63,718 nt of DNA, filler included, from Craspedostauros australis (GCA_030167865.1; 16 parts of 16 records of this genome joined end to end with filler, not necessarily neighbours in it), one strand, 5' to 3'; counted from the first letter of the whole stretch, positions 46,587 through 58,291 are shown. The notes: generated by a model not told the origin, from the letters alone. Program-made: numbers and translations.

Positions 46587-49500
46587 ATGACAAGGAACAC
46601 AGCCATGGGTGCTGGAGGCAGCGCCCAGAGCGGCGGTCGATCGTATCGCATGGACGACGACGACGAGGATGATGAAGAAGATGATGCCGCCTCCTACACC
46701 GAGGATGATGCCAAGATGGACGACGCCTCCACCGGCCCATCGGCATCATCGAAGGTGGCAAAGGAGAAGAAACAGAGCAAGCAGGAGGAGCAGCAGCAGC
46801 AACTAGAAAGGCAGCAGCATGAGCAGTACCAGTCACTTTTCGGCTTCCGACGCCCCAAGCGCCAAAGGACGTCGACCACCTTCTACACCGACGAGAATCC
46901 ATCCACTCACACCTATCCAACGGCCAAGGTCAAGCGCGAAGAGGAAGCAGCTGCGCGTGCTTTGGCCGGCGTCGATTTCTTCACCTCTCCACCTTCCAAA
47001 TCAAAAACGAAATCCAAATCATCCTCGTCTTCGCGTTCCGGCAAACCGGATTCGGCAGAGAATGATTCTCATGCTCAGTCGCAATCGAAATCTCACGCAG
47101 AGTCACATGCGCAGTTACAGGCACAGTCACAGGCGCAGTCGAGGCGGAAGAGCAAAAGCTCCACCCCAAAATCCGGCGAAGCGTCAGCAGCAATCAATTC
47201 CATTCCGCCTGCCGCAAAAAGCCAGAAACGAACCTCATCAACTGGATCAGCCAAATCCAAATCGGCTTCAAAGTCCAAGAGCAAGTCGCAGGCATCATCA
47301 TCAGCAGCGACGTCATCGTCATCATCGTCGTCTTCATCATCAAAGAGAAGAAATTCGGCGTCAGCGTCCGCATCCGAAGCCTTGTCTGAAAATACGACCA
47401 AGCATGCGACCACGGCAAGCACACCATCGAAACAAGCTCGCGGACGTCCAGGACGCAAACGCAAGACGCCACTACCCACTCAGGAAAAAGGCACGGCGGA
47501 CCAATGGAATGTCCAACACGATGCCAGTCACACCACGACCGCAAAATCAGCCCAGTCAAATTCTTCACCGTCTCCGATTTCGGCGGAATCCAGAAGGCGG
47601 TCCAAACAAAAAACTACCGCAAGTTCATCATCTGACTCCATGTCCAACTCTCGTCATTCCGGCGTGCGCAGGGCAAGTGTGGGCAGCACCGCCAGCAGCA
47701 CGACTTCTGAAAACGTATACAAGCGCTCCTACAACAAACGCACCAGCAGAGTGTCGCTAAGCTCCCTCGATGACCCCCGTTCGCCACCTTCGCATGTCGC
47801 GGAGGCTTCACCAGCTTCCGCGAACAGACCCGGCAGGCCCAAACGCGTTGGCAGAACCCCGTCAAAATACAGACAGGACGGTGGCTCCTCGGCCGATGGC
47901 AGGCCGCCCATGCACGCTCAATCGCACTCCGAGACACCCTCTCACACTCCGCCCAACGAATTGAACAGCCGTAGATATAGACGCTTCTCCTCGCCGAATG
48001 ACGCATCCACTGCGTCCAAGAGCCTCTCCAAGGGTGGTTCGACGACCAGCAGCAAGAAAACGACGGCTGCTGCACGAAAGGCGCGATCCAAAAAGGCGAA
48101 GGCTCCCGCAAGACCCACCAGTTCTGGCACCGGCATCAGTCATTCCGTCCGCATACACCCGATTCTTCCAAGTTCTATGCGTCACGTGCATCATTCGCTT
48201 GGTCCCACCAGTACCAACAACGGCATTGCTGGTGCTGGTGCTGGCGTTGCTGTTGGCAACAGCGGTGCTCGTGTCAACACCTCTGCTACTGCAAATGCCA
48301 GCGGCGCAATAGTCGCTGATGCGTCCGCAAATGCGAACGCGGTCATCGGAACAGGCGCGCCAGCACCAAATACGGCGCTATCCTTGCCACAGACCACGAA
48401 TCGCTCGACATCCTCAGCAACCATGGCGTCGCTGGAGCAGGCCTATCCAATCGTTTTTCGAAATGCCGTTGACCATCCCAAGGAAGTCGCGGAGCCGCGT
48501 TGGGGCGACGTCTATGAACCACCGATATACTACAATCGCGATTACGAAGGCGACGACAACTCCTTGACAGACCCATCGGATGAAGAAGACGATGACGACG
48601 ACGAGGAGGATGACGAAGAAGAAGAACGCAACATGGATGTCGATTCTGGCGATGCCATGAACGCTCCTCGAAAGCCCGGCTTCCGAAATCCCTCGACAAT
48701 GTCTTCCCACAGGTCTTCCCGCACAAGGAGGTCACTCAAAACTCTCGACACGGAGCTGCCACCCGTGAAACGGTCAGTTTCATGTCTCACCATGCGCGCG
48801 CCCAACAACGACTATCTGGCCGTTGGCGACACCGCTGGCTTCGTGACGATTTACGCCATGGACCCCAACATCCGGCCCATCCAACGGCTGGAGTCAGTCG
48901 CATGCTCCGAAGACCGATCGTACGCACAGCAACAGAACATCAGACAGCAGATCAAGAACAAAAAGAAGACCCGCAGCCGCGATGACCCGCACACGACTAT
49001 CCAAGCCATGTCCATGGTGGGGTCTCGAATTGTGCTGGCCACGGCGTGCGAGCTGGAGTGCATCAACGTCCGATCGGCGACCAGCCTTTGGGTGTTCCCC
49101 TTCGACCCCGCCAGGCGCCAAGTCGTCTCCTTGGACATGCATCCGATCACGTACGACGTCCTCGTTTCATGCCGCATGACCAAGCCAACCAAAGGGTCGC
49201 AAGAATCGTCAGCTGCCCCAATGGCTGGTCCCATATCACCGATGCTCGTGCTGAAGCATGCGCATGGGAACATTGAGATCTGCGATGCGAATTCACCATC
49301 ACTGGTGAAATCACCGTTCTGCACGGCCATCTGGGACCGTTCTGTCGTTTCATCGTCGCCGTCGTCATCGAAAGGAGGGGCAGCATCAGTGGAGGACGAA
49401 AGTACCACGCAGTTGCTCCTTTGCTCTCCGATGGCCGATGAAACGAATGATTGGAAGCTGATTTTGCTGCAGGGAGGCAGTATCGATCAGTGGAAAGTCA

Positions 49501-52500
49501 AGACCAAGACCAAAATTCCCTCCGTTGCCAGCAGCAGTGCGACAGGCTCCTCCTCCTCATCTTCTTCTTCGTCGACGGGCGCAAGTGCTTCATCAACTAC
49601 TGGCGCCACTGCCAACACCGCCAATACCCCAACAAATAACAACGGCAATGACAATACCAACACTCCAGGCAACGCATCGTCATCTTCGGCAGGAGCTGCT
49701 CAGTCGAGTGCGATGCTCACATTGAGACAGTCACGCAAGGGCAAGTACACCTTCGCTGCGTCTGCACGCGGCATCCGACTGTTTCTCACAGAGACATTGG
49801 TTCTGCTCCAAGTCTACGGAGATCAGCTGGCGTTGCATGGTCGTTCCATCGTTTGGCGAGACGTCGCGTTGATGGGCAAGGCGCCTCTGCAGCAGCACAA
49901 ACAGGGGGATCCAAGCAGCAGGCGATTTCACACCATCAACAAGAAGGACAACAGCACGATGGATTGTTACGATGTGCTGTCCATGTGGGAGAACCAGCCA
50001 AGCAACAACGCCAATCACGCAACTGCTGCCACCATCGAGAATACCTCCGATACTCTTGCCAACAGCACTGACAACGACAGCAACAGCAACAACCGCGGGC
50101 ACGCCTCCAGGGACGACAAAACGGCCGAGGATGAAGACGAAGACGTCCTTGGTCAATTCATCGTTGGCATCCCACATCCTACGAAAGGACCCAAGGAACT
50201 TTGCGAAGCGTTGCACGTGTGGGATACGGGACGTGCCACGTCTGTTCCATTGCTGCATCTGCCTTTGCCACAGCTGTCGGATGGGGTGAGATCGCTGGTC
50301 GCTTCCACCAGCACGTCGCAGATCACAGCGCAGAGCGGGTTGGGCGACCGACTCATCCTCGCGACGCAGCGCGGTGCGTGCCACCAGTGGGTGCCGGCCA
50401 TGCAGTCCAACTTTTCGGGTGCCATGTACTCAGCCGGCTACCAAACCCTCTCCGACAACGTGGAATACATCGAAGACGAGGACGAAGTTGACAAATCTCA
50501 CTTCGATTACAGAATGGCAGTCACATCAATGTCGCACGGTGATGCCAATGGTCATGCACGCAAACATGCGCACGCAGGCCAAGCATCGCGCGGGTTGAGC
50601 GGAGGACTGAACGCTGACATGGAAGAGGCCATGCGTTTGAGCATGTTGGAATCGGTGAAGTCAGATCAGAAGAACCAAGTTGCCGATGAAGATGACGAAA
50701 GCGCAGGCCAAGATATGGACGTCACGGTCGTGGACGACGACGTGAAGGAAATGTCGTTCATTCCATGCAGACCAGAGGCATTCTTGCGCCAACAGATCAA
50801 TCGCATGGACAATGGCCGCAATGGTGGTAGTGGGGGCAGGCTGAATGGAAAGTCCGGCGTCAACGGAAGTGGCAAGCCTCACAGAAGTCATTTCCTCACC
50901 TCCATGCTGGACATCATGCCTCACAAGGACCCGGTGCAGGAGGAGCGGGAACAAGAGCAGAAACAGTCATCGACGGCCGAGACGATCACGCTGACCACAT
51001 TCACGTTGGTTGCAGCCGACGTCAAATCCAACGGCGGATCCAGCAGAAGCGGCGGCAGCAACGGCCACGGTTCAATGTCCAACGCATCATCCAAATCGAC
51101 CAAGGGGCGCAGATCTCGCGCCTCGAACCTGAAGGCGATCATGAAGGCATCCGTCGATCCCAGGCTGCAGGCCTACATGGCCTCATCGCAGCAGCAATGG
51201 CGCGATGGCTCTGGTTGCAAGTTCGTTTTCAATGCTGATGATGAGGTGTCCGAAGCGGCGATCACAGGAAAGGAAACTCCTGAAATTCCACCATCCGATG
51301 AGGTGAGCGGGATGGGCGCAACAGCCGTCCCAGCAACTGCCGAAGGCATCGTTCGCACGAACGTTTCGACTGCGATCGATCAGCCGTCAAAGGAATCAGT
51401 CCGATTTGTGAGCGACGGATCCGAAGCCAACGCCAACGATTCTGAAGTCATCGATGCAACGAAACCTGCCCCGCATGCAATGCAAGCAACGGCACAGTCC
51501 GCATCCTTAACTCCTCAGCCAAATCAACCACTTGGCATTAGGACGGATCTGCCGGTTTCTTCAGGCCCGGCCACAACTGCTTCAAATATGGACAGCTACA
51601 CGAAGAGCAGCAACTCGGAAGAAACAGCAATTTTTGCCTTGCTTGGATTGAGTCCTTGCAATGTGGTGGGCAACAACGACAGCAAGACAACAACGCCAAG
51701 AGCCGCGGTCAGCACAGAACCGAAGGCTGTTCCTGAAGCAAATGCAATGGGAAACGGCATGGTCTCCGTGCATGGGATTCCAGTCCCTGTGGCAGCCAAA
51801 ACGATAACTCCGAAAGCAAAGGCTGCTCCAACATCTGCCAAGAAGCAGACTCCCGTCGCACCCGAGGAGACCGCTGATTCCACATCAAGCGACGAGGCCA
51901 AGATCGATCGCACCTGTCCAGCCTGCATGGGCCGCATGGTCATTCATTCGTGCGGGAAGCGAGCGTTGCCGATCGATTATGACGAGGTGATCCGCAAGGA
52001 ACGAATCCGTCGCGAGAAGGAAGAGGAGGAGCGCAAGCGCGTTCAGAAGGAGAAACGGAGACTTGCGGATGCGCGTCGTCGGGAGGCCAGGAAGCAGAAG
52101 ATGCGCGAGCAGGAGCAGCGCAAACGGATTCAGGAGGAAAACGAGCGCATCGAAAAGGAGCGACGACGGCGCTTGGACATGGCATCGTACGAAGCATCAT
52201 CGAACTACGTGGATGACCGCAACCGCGAGACTCCGTCGTACTACGCTTCATACGAAACGTCGGCCGCAAGTGGCAGGGGAAATCATTCCTACAGCGAGTA
52301 CGTGCACGATGATCACCATTCTTCACCGCCGCCTTCGGAAGTTTCATCAGCAACGCCTCTCAGTGGCCGATCCCGGAACAACACACCGCCAGCCACTTTC
52401 ATGGCCACGTCAGGGTTGACGACGACGGCCATGACTGGAGCAGCCCGGGCAATGCGTGACGATCCGGATGCAGCGTACAGGAATCATTCCGTGGCGCGCA

Positions 52501-53270
52501 GCAGAAATGGGGAACAAGCTGCGGCTTCAAGAGAACATCATCGATCCTACATCACCACGCCTGTCGCGCAAACCTTCGTGCAGAACATCGGTTCGCCATC
52601 TCATTCGCATGCAGGGACGCAGGACCAGCGAGCGTACTCCCTTCTCGAGCATCGGCAATACCACAACGCGTACACCCAAGCGGCGAGCAGTGCACCAGCG
52701 CCACAAGAAGGCCGTCGTGAAGTCACACCGGCATCTTGGTCGAAGGCATCCATCACTGGAACATCGGACGACTATGGTCGCCATGGCCATGTTGCAGGTG
52801 AGCCAAAGCAGGCTCCAGCGCCAGCTTCGGTGCCAGCGTCTGGAGCCTCGCTGTATGCGACAGCTCCGTCCTACGCCTCGGCTCGAGGATCTCCGTATTC
52901 GTCGCTGCAACAGCACCAACACCAGCATGCGCAGAGGCAGACGAATGAAACCAGCAGGCCTGCGGCCAAGAAACGCCGGTCCAAACCCGCTGGTACGCTG
53001 TCATCTGCAGAAGGCCTTGCAGCTTTGGCGAGTCTGGCTGGGTTGCCGAGCTCGATGAAACTGCCGACCGAGGACGAGATTGCGTACAACCAGCAACAGG
53101 CAAGTTTTGAGACATCATCAAGAACTGCCGCGGCAATGGCGAGCATCCCAAGCTACGAGGCGATTCGAACGGAGCAGAGGGGATTGGGGAACAACGGCTT
53201 CGTGCAGGGGTGCACAACCAACCACGCTTCATCGCCTTCCAAGCATCAAAACAGCGGTCGCGGATTTTAG
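46587..53270 (+). CDS. 2227-aa chromatin protein: AT-hook-like motifs, divergent WD40 region with RBBP5/Swd1-like motif, UIM, Cys/His motif, coiled coil
   Basis: RGRPGRKRK and PGRPKR; YLAVGDTAGFVTIY and VVSLDMHP (WD-like); NFSGAMYSAGYQTLSDNVEYIEDEDEVD; DMEEAMRLSMLES; CPACMGRMVIHSCGKR. Confidence 0.85.
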   Translation: MTRNTAMGAGGSAQSGGRSYRMDDDDEDDEEDDAASYTEDDAKMDDASTGPSASSKVAKEKKQSKQEEQQQQLERQQHEQYQSLFGFRRPKRQRTSTTFYTDENPSTHTYPTAKVKREEEAAARALAGVDFFTSPPSKSKTKSKSSSSSRSGKPDSAENDSHAQSQSKSHAESHAQLQAQSQAQSRRKSKSSTPKSGEASAAINSIPPAAKSQKRTSSTGSAKSKSASKSKSKSQASSSAATSSSSSSSSSSKRRNSASASASEALSENTTKHATTASTPSKQARGRPGRKRKTPLPTQEKGTADQWNVQHDASHTTTAKSAQSNSSPSPISAESRRRSKQKTTASSSSDSMSNSRHSGVRRASVGSTASSTTSENVYKRSYNKRTSRVSLSSLDDPRSPPSHVAEASPASANRPGRPKRVGRTPSKYRQDGGSSADGRPPMHAQSHSETPSHTPPNELNSRRYRRFSSPNDASTASKSLSKGGSTTSSKKTTAAARKARSKKAKAPARPTSSGTGISHSVRIHPILPSSMRHVHHSLGPTSTNNGIAGAGAGVAVGNSGARVNTSATANASGAIVADASANANAVIGTGAPAPNTALSLPQTTNRSTSSATMASLEQAYPIVFRNAVDHPKEVAEPRWGDVYEPPIYYNRDYEGDDNSLTDPSDEEDDDDDEEDDEEEERNMDVDSGDAMNAPRKPGFRNPSTMSSHRSSRTRRSLKTLDTELPPVKRSVSCLTMRAPNNDYLAVGDTAGFVTIYAMDPNIRPIQRLESVACSEDRSYAQQQNIRQQIKNKKKTRSRDDPHTTIQAMSMVGSRIVLATACELECINVRSATSLWVFPFDPARRQVVSLDMHPITYDVLVSCRMTKPTKGSQESSAAPMAGPISPMLVLKHAHGNIEICDANSPSLVKSPFCTAIWDRSVVSSSPSSSKGGAASVEDESTTQLLLCSPMADETNDWKLILLQGGSIDQWKVKTKTKIPSVASSSATGSSSSSSSSSTGASASSTTGATANTANTPTNNNGNDNTNTPGNASSSSAGAAQSSAMLTLRQSRKGKYTFAASARGIRLFLTETLVLLQVYGDQLALHGRSIVWRDVALMGKAPLQQHKQGDPSSRRFHTINKKDNSTMDCYDVLSMWENQPSNNANHATAATIENTSDTLANSTDNDSNSNNRGHASRDDKTAEDEDEDVLGQFIVGIPHPTKGPKELCEALHVWDTGRATSVPLLHLPLPQLSDGVRSLVASTSTSQITAQSGLGDRLILATQRGACHQWVPAMQSNFSGAMYSAGYQTLSDNVEYIEDEDEVDKSHFDYRMAVTSMSHGDANGHARKHAHAGQASRGLSGGLNADMEEAMRLSMLESVKSDQKNQVADEDDESAGQDMDVTVVDDDVKEMSFIPCRPEAFLRQQINRMDNGRNGGSGGRLNGKSGVNGSGKPHRSHFLTSMLDIMPHKDPVQEEREQEQKQSSTAETITLTTFTLVAADVKSNGGSSRSGGSNGHGSMSNASSKSTKGRRSRASNLKAIMKASVDPRLQAYMASSQQQWRDGSGCKFVFNADDEVSEAAITGKETPEIPPSDEVSGMGATAVPATAEGIVRTNVSTAIDQPSKESVRFVSDGSEANANDSEVIDATKPAPHAMQATAQSASLTPQPNQPLGIRTDLPVSSGPATTASNMDSYTKSSNSEETAIFALLGLSPCNVVGNNDSKTTTPRAAVSTEPKAVPEANAMGNGMVSVHGIPVPVAAKTITPKAKAAPTSAKKQTPVAPEETADSTSSDEAKIDRTCPACMGRMVIHSCGKRALPIDYDEVIRKERIRREKEEEERKRVQKEKRRLADARRREARKQKMREQEQRKRIQEENERIEKERRRRLDMASYEASSNYVDDRNRETPSYYASYETSAASGRGNHSYSEYVHDDHHSSPPPSEVSSATPLSGRSRNNTPPATFMATSGLTTTAMTGAARAMRDDPDAAYRNHSVARSRNGEQAAASREHHRSYITTPVAQTFVQNIGSPSHSHAGTQDQRAYSLLEHRQYHNAYTQAASSAPAPQEGRREVTPASWSKASITGTSDDYGRHGHVAGEPKQAPAPASVPASGASLYATAPSYASARGSPYSSLQQHQHQHAQRQTNETSRPAAKKRRSKPAGTLSSAEGLAALASLAGLPSSMKLPTEDEIAYNQQQASFETSSRTAAAMASIPSYEAIRTEQRGLGNNGFVQGCTTNHASSPSKHQNSGRGF

Positions 53271-54431
53271 AGCGCCACAAAAGTCAGCAGACTTGCAGAA
53301 CGTGGCGTCTTTCAACCTATTGAATCCAATGCAAGCGACAACATCGCAACGTTTCACATGACGCAATGTGATGCGATCAAGTACTCTGCAGCGAGATGAA
53401 TCTCATCATTGCTGGCAATGTACATACCATACAACTACCATACGAAAGTATAATAATATACTCTGTCATATTGTAACATATAATGTTATGCTACAGCCAC
53501 TTTCATTCTCATCCAGGCTGAGGTATGAGGATGCGGAGTACATGCACGTGCTGCATTCCTTGAATTACGACTACGAACAGTCGCACTCCCAGCTTTTGTA
53601 TGAAGCAGAGCGATTGGACGAGGATAAGTCGCAATGGAGAGAGGAATTGAATGCGACTGCCGGAAGGAGTGTGGCAGAGCACTCCACTCCATGGCAGAGT
53701 ATCCGAGTGGGCACCATACTCCACTGCCGACTGCGCCGCTTGGTCGCCATTTCCCATTGACGATGATGGGACGACACAGCAGCACAGGTTGACACAAGAA
53801 GAGAGGAAGGGGAAGAGAGAAGTGGTCGATCGGCTAGTTCGGTTGCAGATCTTTCGCCATGTCGACTCATACCTGCCGCAGAGGCAGAGAGAGAGAGAGG
53901 GTGCGACCTCCTTGTGCTCCTTCCCTTCCCTTCTCTGCTCGCAGCCTGCAGTTTGTGGAGAGGCTGGAAAGTCCACGCGTCATTTCTCCTTTTGGCATCA
54001 CTCGGATGCTGATTTCACGACTGAGACAGGCAGAGTTTCGTACCATGTGACGCCCATGGAACAACGATCATTGGTGTTATCCATGCATGAAGAAAGCATT
54101 GGCGTCGGGACTCAAACCAGGCTCACTTTTTCAGCACCACTCCTACTCAACTTTGGTGCGGGGTGCTCGTGGAGCAGCATAGTACATGTTGCGCACAAGA
54201 CCGGTGCGAAGGCAGCTGCGGAAGCAGGTGGGGTGTGGTAGGAATTGTACTGTCATCACCCTCACCATGACAACGGCCACCACCATCGCACCACTGTCAC
54301 ACCACCATCACCGCCAGAACAACGACAGCCAACAGCAGCAGGTTGAAATGGGGAGCGCTTCCGCCTACTTCCGATGATGCCACACTTTTCGTCCACCAGC
54401 TCCTCCAAGAAGGTGATCACTTCCGTCCTGA

Positions 54432-55964
54432 ATGGAATGCCAAGCACCCCGCTCATTTTTTTCGTGCGAAGACGACACGACGATGTCCAGCGACGGCAGC
54501 CGCAACACTGAAACCGGTGCATTCCCCGTTCCCAGCCCTGACAACATATTCACGGACGACTTTGGATCCTCCTTCCACTCTTCCGCATTGGACATCGTCA
54601 CCGAGAGCTCCGTGGAAGAAGGTGACGGCGTGTCATTGTCCGGAGCGAGTTCCGAAGAGGGCAGGATCACCGACATCATTTCCAACACTCAGCAGTCCGC
54701 CTTGCTGCGCCGTTTCGAAGAACAGCAGCAGCAGCAGCAGCAGAAGCCACCGCCACCGTCGCAGTCACAGCCAGCAGTGTTCCAACCAACGCCGCAGCCA
54801 GTGGTGAGATCCGTATCGGGAGGACCGTATCCGTACAGCATGTACCAGGGCGACGAATCGTTCAGCGCAAATCAGGAAGCCGAAGGGGAGCGTGTGACGC
54901 AGATTCTGAGGCCGATTCCCAAGAAACCAAAGGCCGTTGTCAAGCGGGAGACCAAGCGAAGGGACGACGAGCAGCCAACGAGTCCTGCCTCCGACGAAGT
55001 CTCCTCCGGCGATCGCTCCCAGCTCTCCATCTCGCAGGTCGATATCAAGAGCATGATGACGCCGAGAGGTTCCTCAAGCCGTGCCAAGCGCTACACCGTG
55101 CGATCCGCTCCATCCGCGCCCGCGCCCATGCACACCACCGACCCGTCGTCGATGCTGGAGAGCCTGTTCATAGGTCTGGAACAAGATCGCCACATGCACA
55201 AGCTGGCAGCTCAGAATCTACGCGCCGTGAACAACTGGCTCATGTTCCTCCCCTCCTTTCTGCTGACCCTGCTGGCCGGAATCGTCTCCCTCGTCTCCGA
55301 GTCGACGCTCAACATCAGCGAAGAGGCCAGGGCGTACTACTCCATCGGGGTCGGCGTGGTGGCTCTGATCGCCGTGTTCTGGCAGGCCGTCGGAAAGCAG
55401 CTGGATCTGGCCAGCCGCGCAAGTCTGCACGACGCCACGGCCACCGCATTGAAGCGCCTTTCGGAGGACGTCCTCCTCACGATGTCCTCCACCGACAGGG
55501 TCTCGACGGAGTACGTCAACATCATCTCGGAAAAGTTCGGCCAAGCCCTCGACAGCTGCTCATCGGCATCGAGCCTTCCCATCCGCATCGAATCTGCCTT
55601 CGCCGCCATCTCGGACCGCATGGTGCTGATGCTGCGGCCACCGACCGGTCAGCCACCGCGCAAAACATTCGCCAAGCTCGCCCTGATGCGGCTGTACTCC
55701 ATGGTCTACGACGAATTGACGACGGAGGTGATCCATCACTGGATGTGGCCCTTCTCGTTGCCGCTGCCACGCCGCGCATCGGACGCCGCGCTTCGCAACT
55801 TCAAGGAGATCATCACGGAAGGAAAGGAGGCCTCGCGCAGTCGCGGGCGGTACTGCTGCTGCTTCGGAAAGATCGAAGAGCGCAGCCTCTTCGATGTCCT
55901 GCCGGCGGAGACCATCGTCAACGAGCAGGAGTTTGTGCGCAGTCGCAGAGGCACAGAAGTTTGA
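54432..55964 (+). CDS. Two-TM protein with a SLATT-like domain and a long disordered N-terminus
   Basis: HKLAAQNLRAVNNWLMFLPSFLLTLLAGIVSLV (TM1), IGVGVVALIAVFWQAVGKQLDL (TM2), then RASLHDATATALKRL. Confidence 0.75.
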   Translation: MECQAPRSFFSCEDDTTMSSDGSRNTETGAFPVPSPDNIFTDDFGSSFHSSALDIVTESSVEEGDGVSLSGASSEEGRITDIISNTQQSALLRRFEEQQQQQQQKPPPPSQSQPAVFQPTPQPVVRSVSGGPYPYSMYQGDESFSANQEAEGERVTQILRPIPKKPKAVVKRETKRRDDEQPTSPASDEVSSGDRSQLSISQVDIKSMMTPRGSSSRAKRYTVRSAPSAPAPMHTTDPSSMLESLFIGLEQDRHMHKLAAQNLRAVNNWLMFLPSFLLTLLAGIVSLVSESTLNISEEARAYYSIGVGVVALIAVFWQAVGKQLDLASRASLHDATATALKRLSEDVLLTMSSTDRVSTEYVNIISEKFGQALDSCSSASSLPIRIESAFAAISDRMVLMLRPPTGQPPRKTFAKLALMRLYSMVYDELTTEVIHHWMWPFSLPLPRRASDAALRNFKEIITEGKEASRSRGRYCCCFGKIEERSLFDVLPAETIVNEQEFVRSRRGTEV

Positions 55965-56666
55965 TCGGGCGATGTGCGTGTGTGCCTTGGTGTGACGCGG
56001 TGCGGCGCGGGAGTGTCACTGACGCTGTCGATACCATCGATGGTCAGGATGGCAAGATCGCAGCTCCCCCCTCTCTCTCTCTGCTCCAACATCGTCTTGA
56101 TGCGCCACTCCTATTTGGCCATGTGGGTAACCTGAAACGGAGGCGTTGTCAATCGGACTGTGACATACCACTATAATGTTATCCAACAAAGAGAGAGAGA
56201 TTATGAGCATATAAGTATAAATATATACTATAGTCCTCTATGGTCATCTGTTTGTTCCATATCGTGTTCAATCGTCGTTTCAGGGTTGCTTGCACAGACT
56301 ACAGCTCCTGCCCTATTCTCAATTGGCTGCTACGGACGCTGACAGCCGTGACTGGTGATTTGGCACGGAGCGTGGACGAAAACTCCAGAACCGTTTTGCA
56401 GCGTGTTTCTCCCTCAACACAGCACAGTTCGTGCCATGATTGACGTCGACAGCGATGGGCAAGACAGAGAATCACAATCAAACAGGGCCACACAAACACA
56501 GCATAGCGCCAATACCGTACTGGCAGAGCAGACCACTTCATCTGACAACCACCAGGACAACGATCATTACAACCACCAGGGAAACAGCTGGTATATATAG
56601 TGGACAGATAGAAGTCATCTCCAGCTCATCGTCTCTTCTGAAACGACCCCCACAAGACGAAGACCA

Positions 56667-57323
56667 ATGGCGACCATCGCAGACGAAACCCACTTGCTGG
56701 AGGAGATCTCCGACTTCGTCCTCGATTTCTTCGAAGTCCTTCTGGCATGCGTATCGTCGCCAACGTTCTGGGCCATGACGATCGCCCTGATCTACCTGCG
56801 ACGCTTCCAGCTGCTGCCACGATTGCAGCGCATGTCCAGGATCCAGTTCACGACCCGCATGCGGCGCCGCCGTCGCATTCTGCGCGATACGCTGAAGGAC
56901 CCCTTCCTGCTCAAGAATTTGAAGTACCAGGCCATGCGATGGGCGCGCGGCGATGCGAAACGCGCGGCGGAGATGATGGAGCAGCTGCGGTTGCGGTCGG
57001 AGGCCACCGTGGACGACAACCATGATCCGAAGGGGGAGGACAGGATCGACGCCGTTTCGCGGTTGCTGTCGGTCACGTGCTGGGGCACCGCATTCGCCGT
57101 GTGGTTGGTCTGCTTCTCCGATTGTTTCGCGCTGGTCCATGAACGCACAGTGATCCCAGATCGAGGGTTGGAGTACCTGTCGTCGACCATCAACGTTGCA
57201 GCCATCTTGGTCATTAACATCTTCGATAGTCTGTGGATGTGTTCGAAGCTCCCACGCTCGAGAATGGCCACGGAACAGAAGATCACCATACAGATGGATC
57301 TGGAGCAAGCATTCATGTCGTGA
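56667..57323 (+). CDS. Hypothetical membrane protein (about 3 TM)
   Basis: 218-aa ORF with high GC at third positions and three hydrophobic segments. Confidence 0.7.
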   Translation: MATIADETHLLEEISDFVLDFFEVLLACVSSPTFWAMTIALIYLRRFQLLPRLQRMSRIQFTTRMRRRRRILRDTLKDPFLLKNLKYQAMRWARGDAKRAAEMMEQLRLRSEATVDDNHDPKGEDRIDAVSRLLSVTCWGTAFAVWLVCFSDCFALVHERTVIPDRGLEYLSSTINVAAILVINIFDSLWMCSKLPRSRMATEQKITIQMDLEQAFMS

Positions 57324-58291
57324 GCTTGCTGATTCGAGATGGTATGAAGAGAGAGAGAGAGGGAGGGAGAGGGAGAGAGAAAGGACTGCGGTTCGAAGAG
57401 TGAATGGAGCGCAGCCGCAACACAAGCTGCGGTCCTCTTATTTTCATTATCACCTTGGAGATCGGCCGATTTGCAAGATGCAAGGGGAAGTGTGATGAGG
57501 GTTGTTCCATATCTCACAATTCGGCTCGTTGGCTGACATGAGAGGCATCACCCACCCTGATCAAACGGCAATGAAAGAAGACACCAGGGTTGGAGCTCGT
57601 ACAGGATCGGATCTTGCCATCGCATGAGACAAGATCTGACAGCACAGGCAAAGAAACACCATCCACCAGATGTCAGTCTACCCATCATGAAGACACAGCA
57701 GCTACCATGCACAGTATCAACAATCAGATCAAGATCATCATTGGAACATGATATTGCTAGATAGTTCGACATTGTCATATGGATGAAGTGGAGATTGAAT
57801 CCATCCTGCATCATAGTCATCTCGTCCGTTGGTAGTACCACCACCGCCTCATCACTCATCTTTGCTGTTGGAGAATTTCAACATAACTGCGTTGTCATCC
57901 AACTTCTGGTGATTGCGAAGTGGATCAAGGGCCAACATCACATTTGGCAGCATCATGCCTTCATCAGTCGGATACGAAACAAACGGAACTCTCGTGTTCT
58001 TCTTCGTGTTCTTCTTCATGTTCTTGTTCTTCTTCGATTGTTTGTTTTGGATGCTGTCTTTGACTTCGTCGGTTTCACTGATCTCCAGCATTTTCGTCGA
58101 CAACGCCTCCGATCGACTGGCCACACAGTACAGTCGGGTATTCCCAAACGGAATATCCAGCACCTCCTGATCGACCCTGTTCTTCTTGTCGNNNNNNNNN
58201 NNNNNNNNNNNNNNNNNNNNNNNNNNNNNNNNNNNTTAATTAATTAANNNNNNNNNNNNNNNNNNNNNNNNNNNNNNNNNNNNNNNNNNNN

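Noticed and set aside
53500..54050. Protein-like fragments in two plus frames between the giant ORF and the SLATT gene
   Set aside because: No recognisable family and no coherent start or splice structure.
57548..58191. Minus-strand partial ORFs at the contig end
   Set aside because: Possibly a decayed element, but there is no diagnostic motif.
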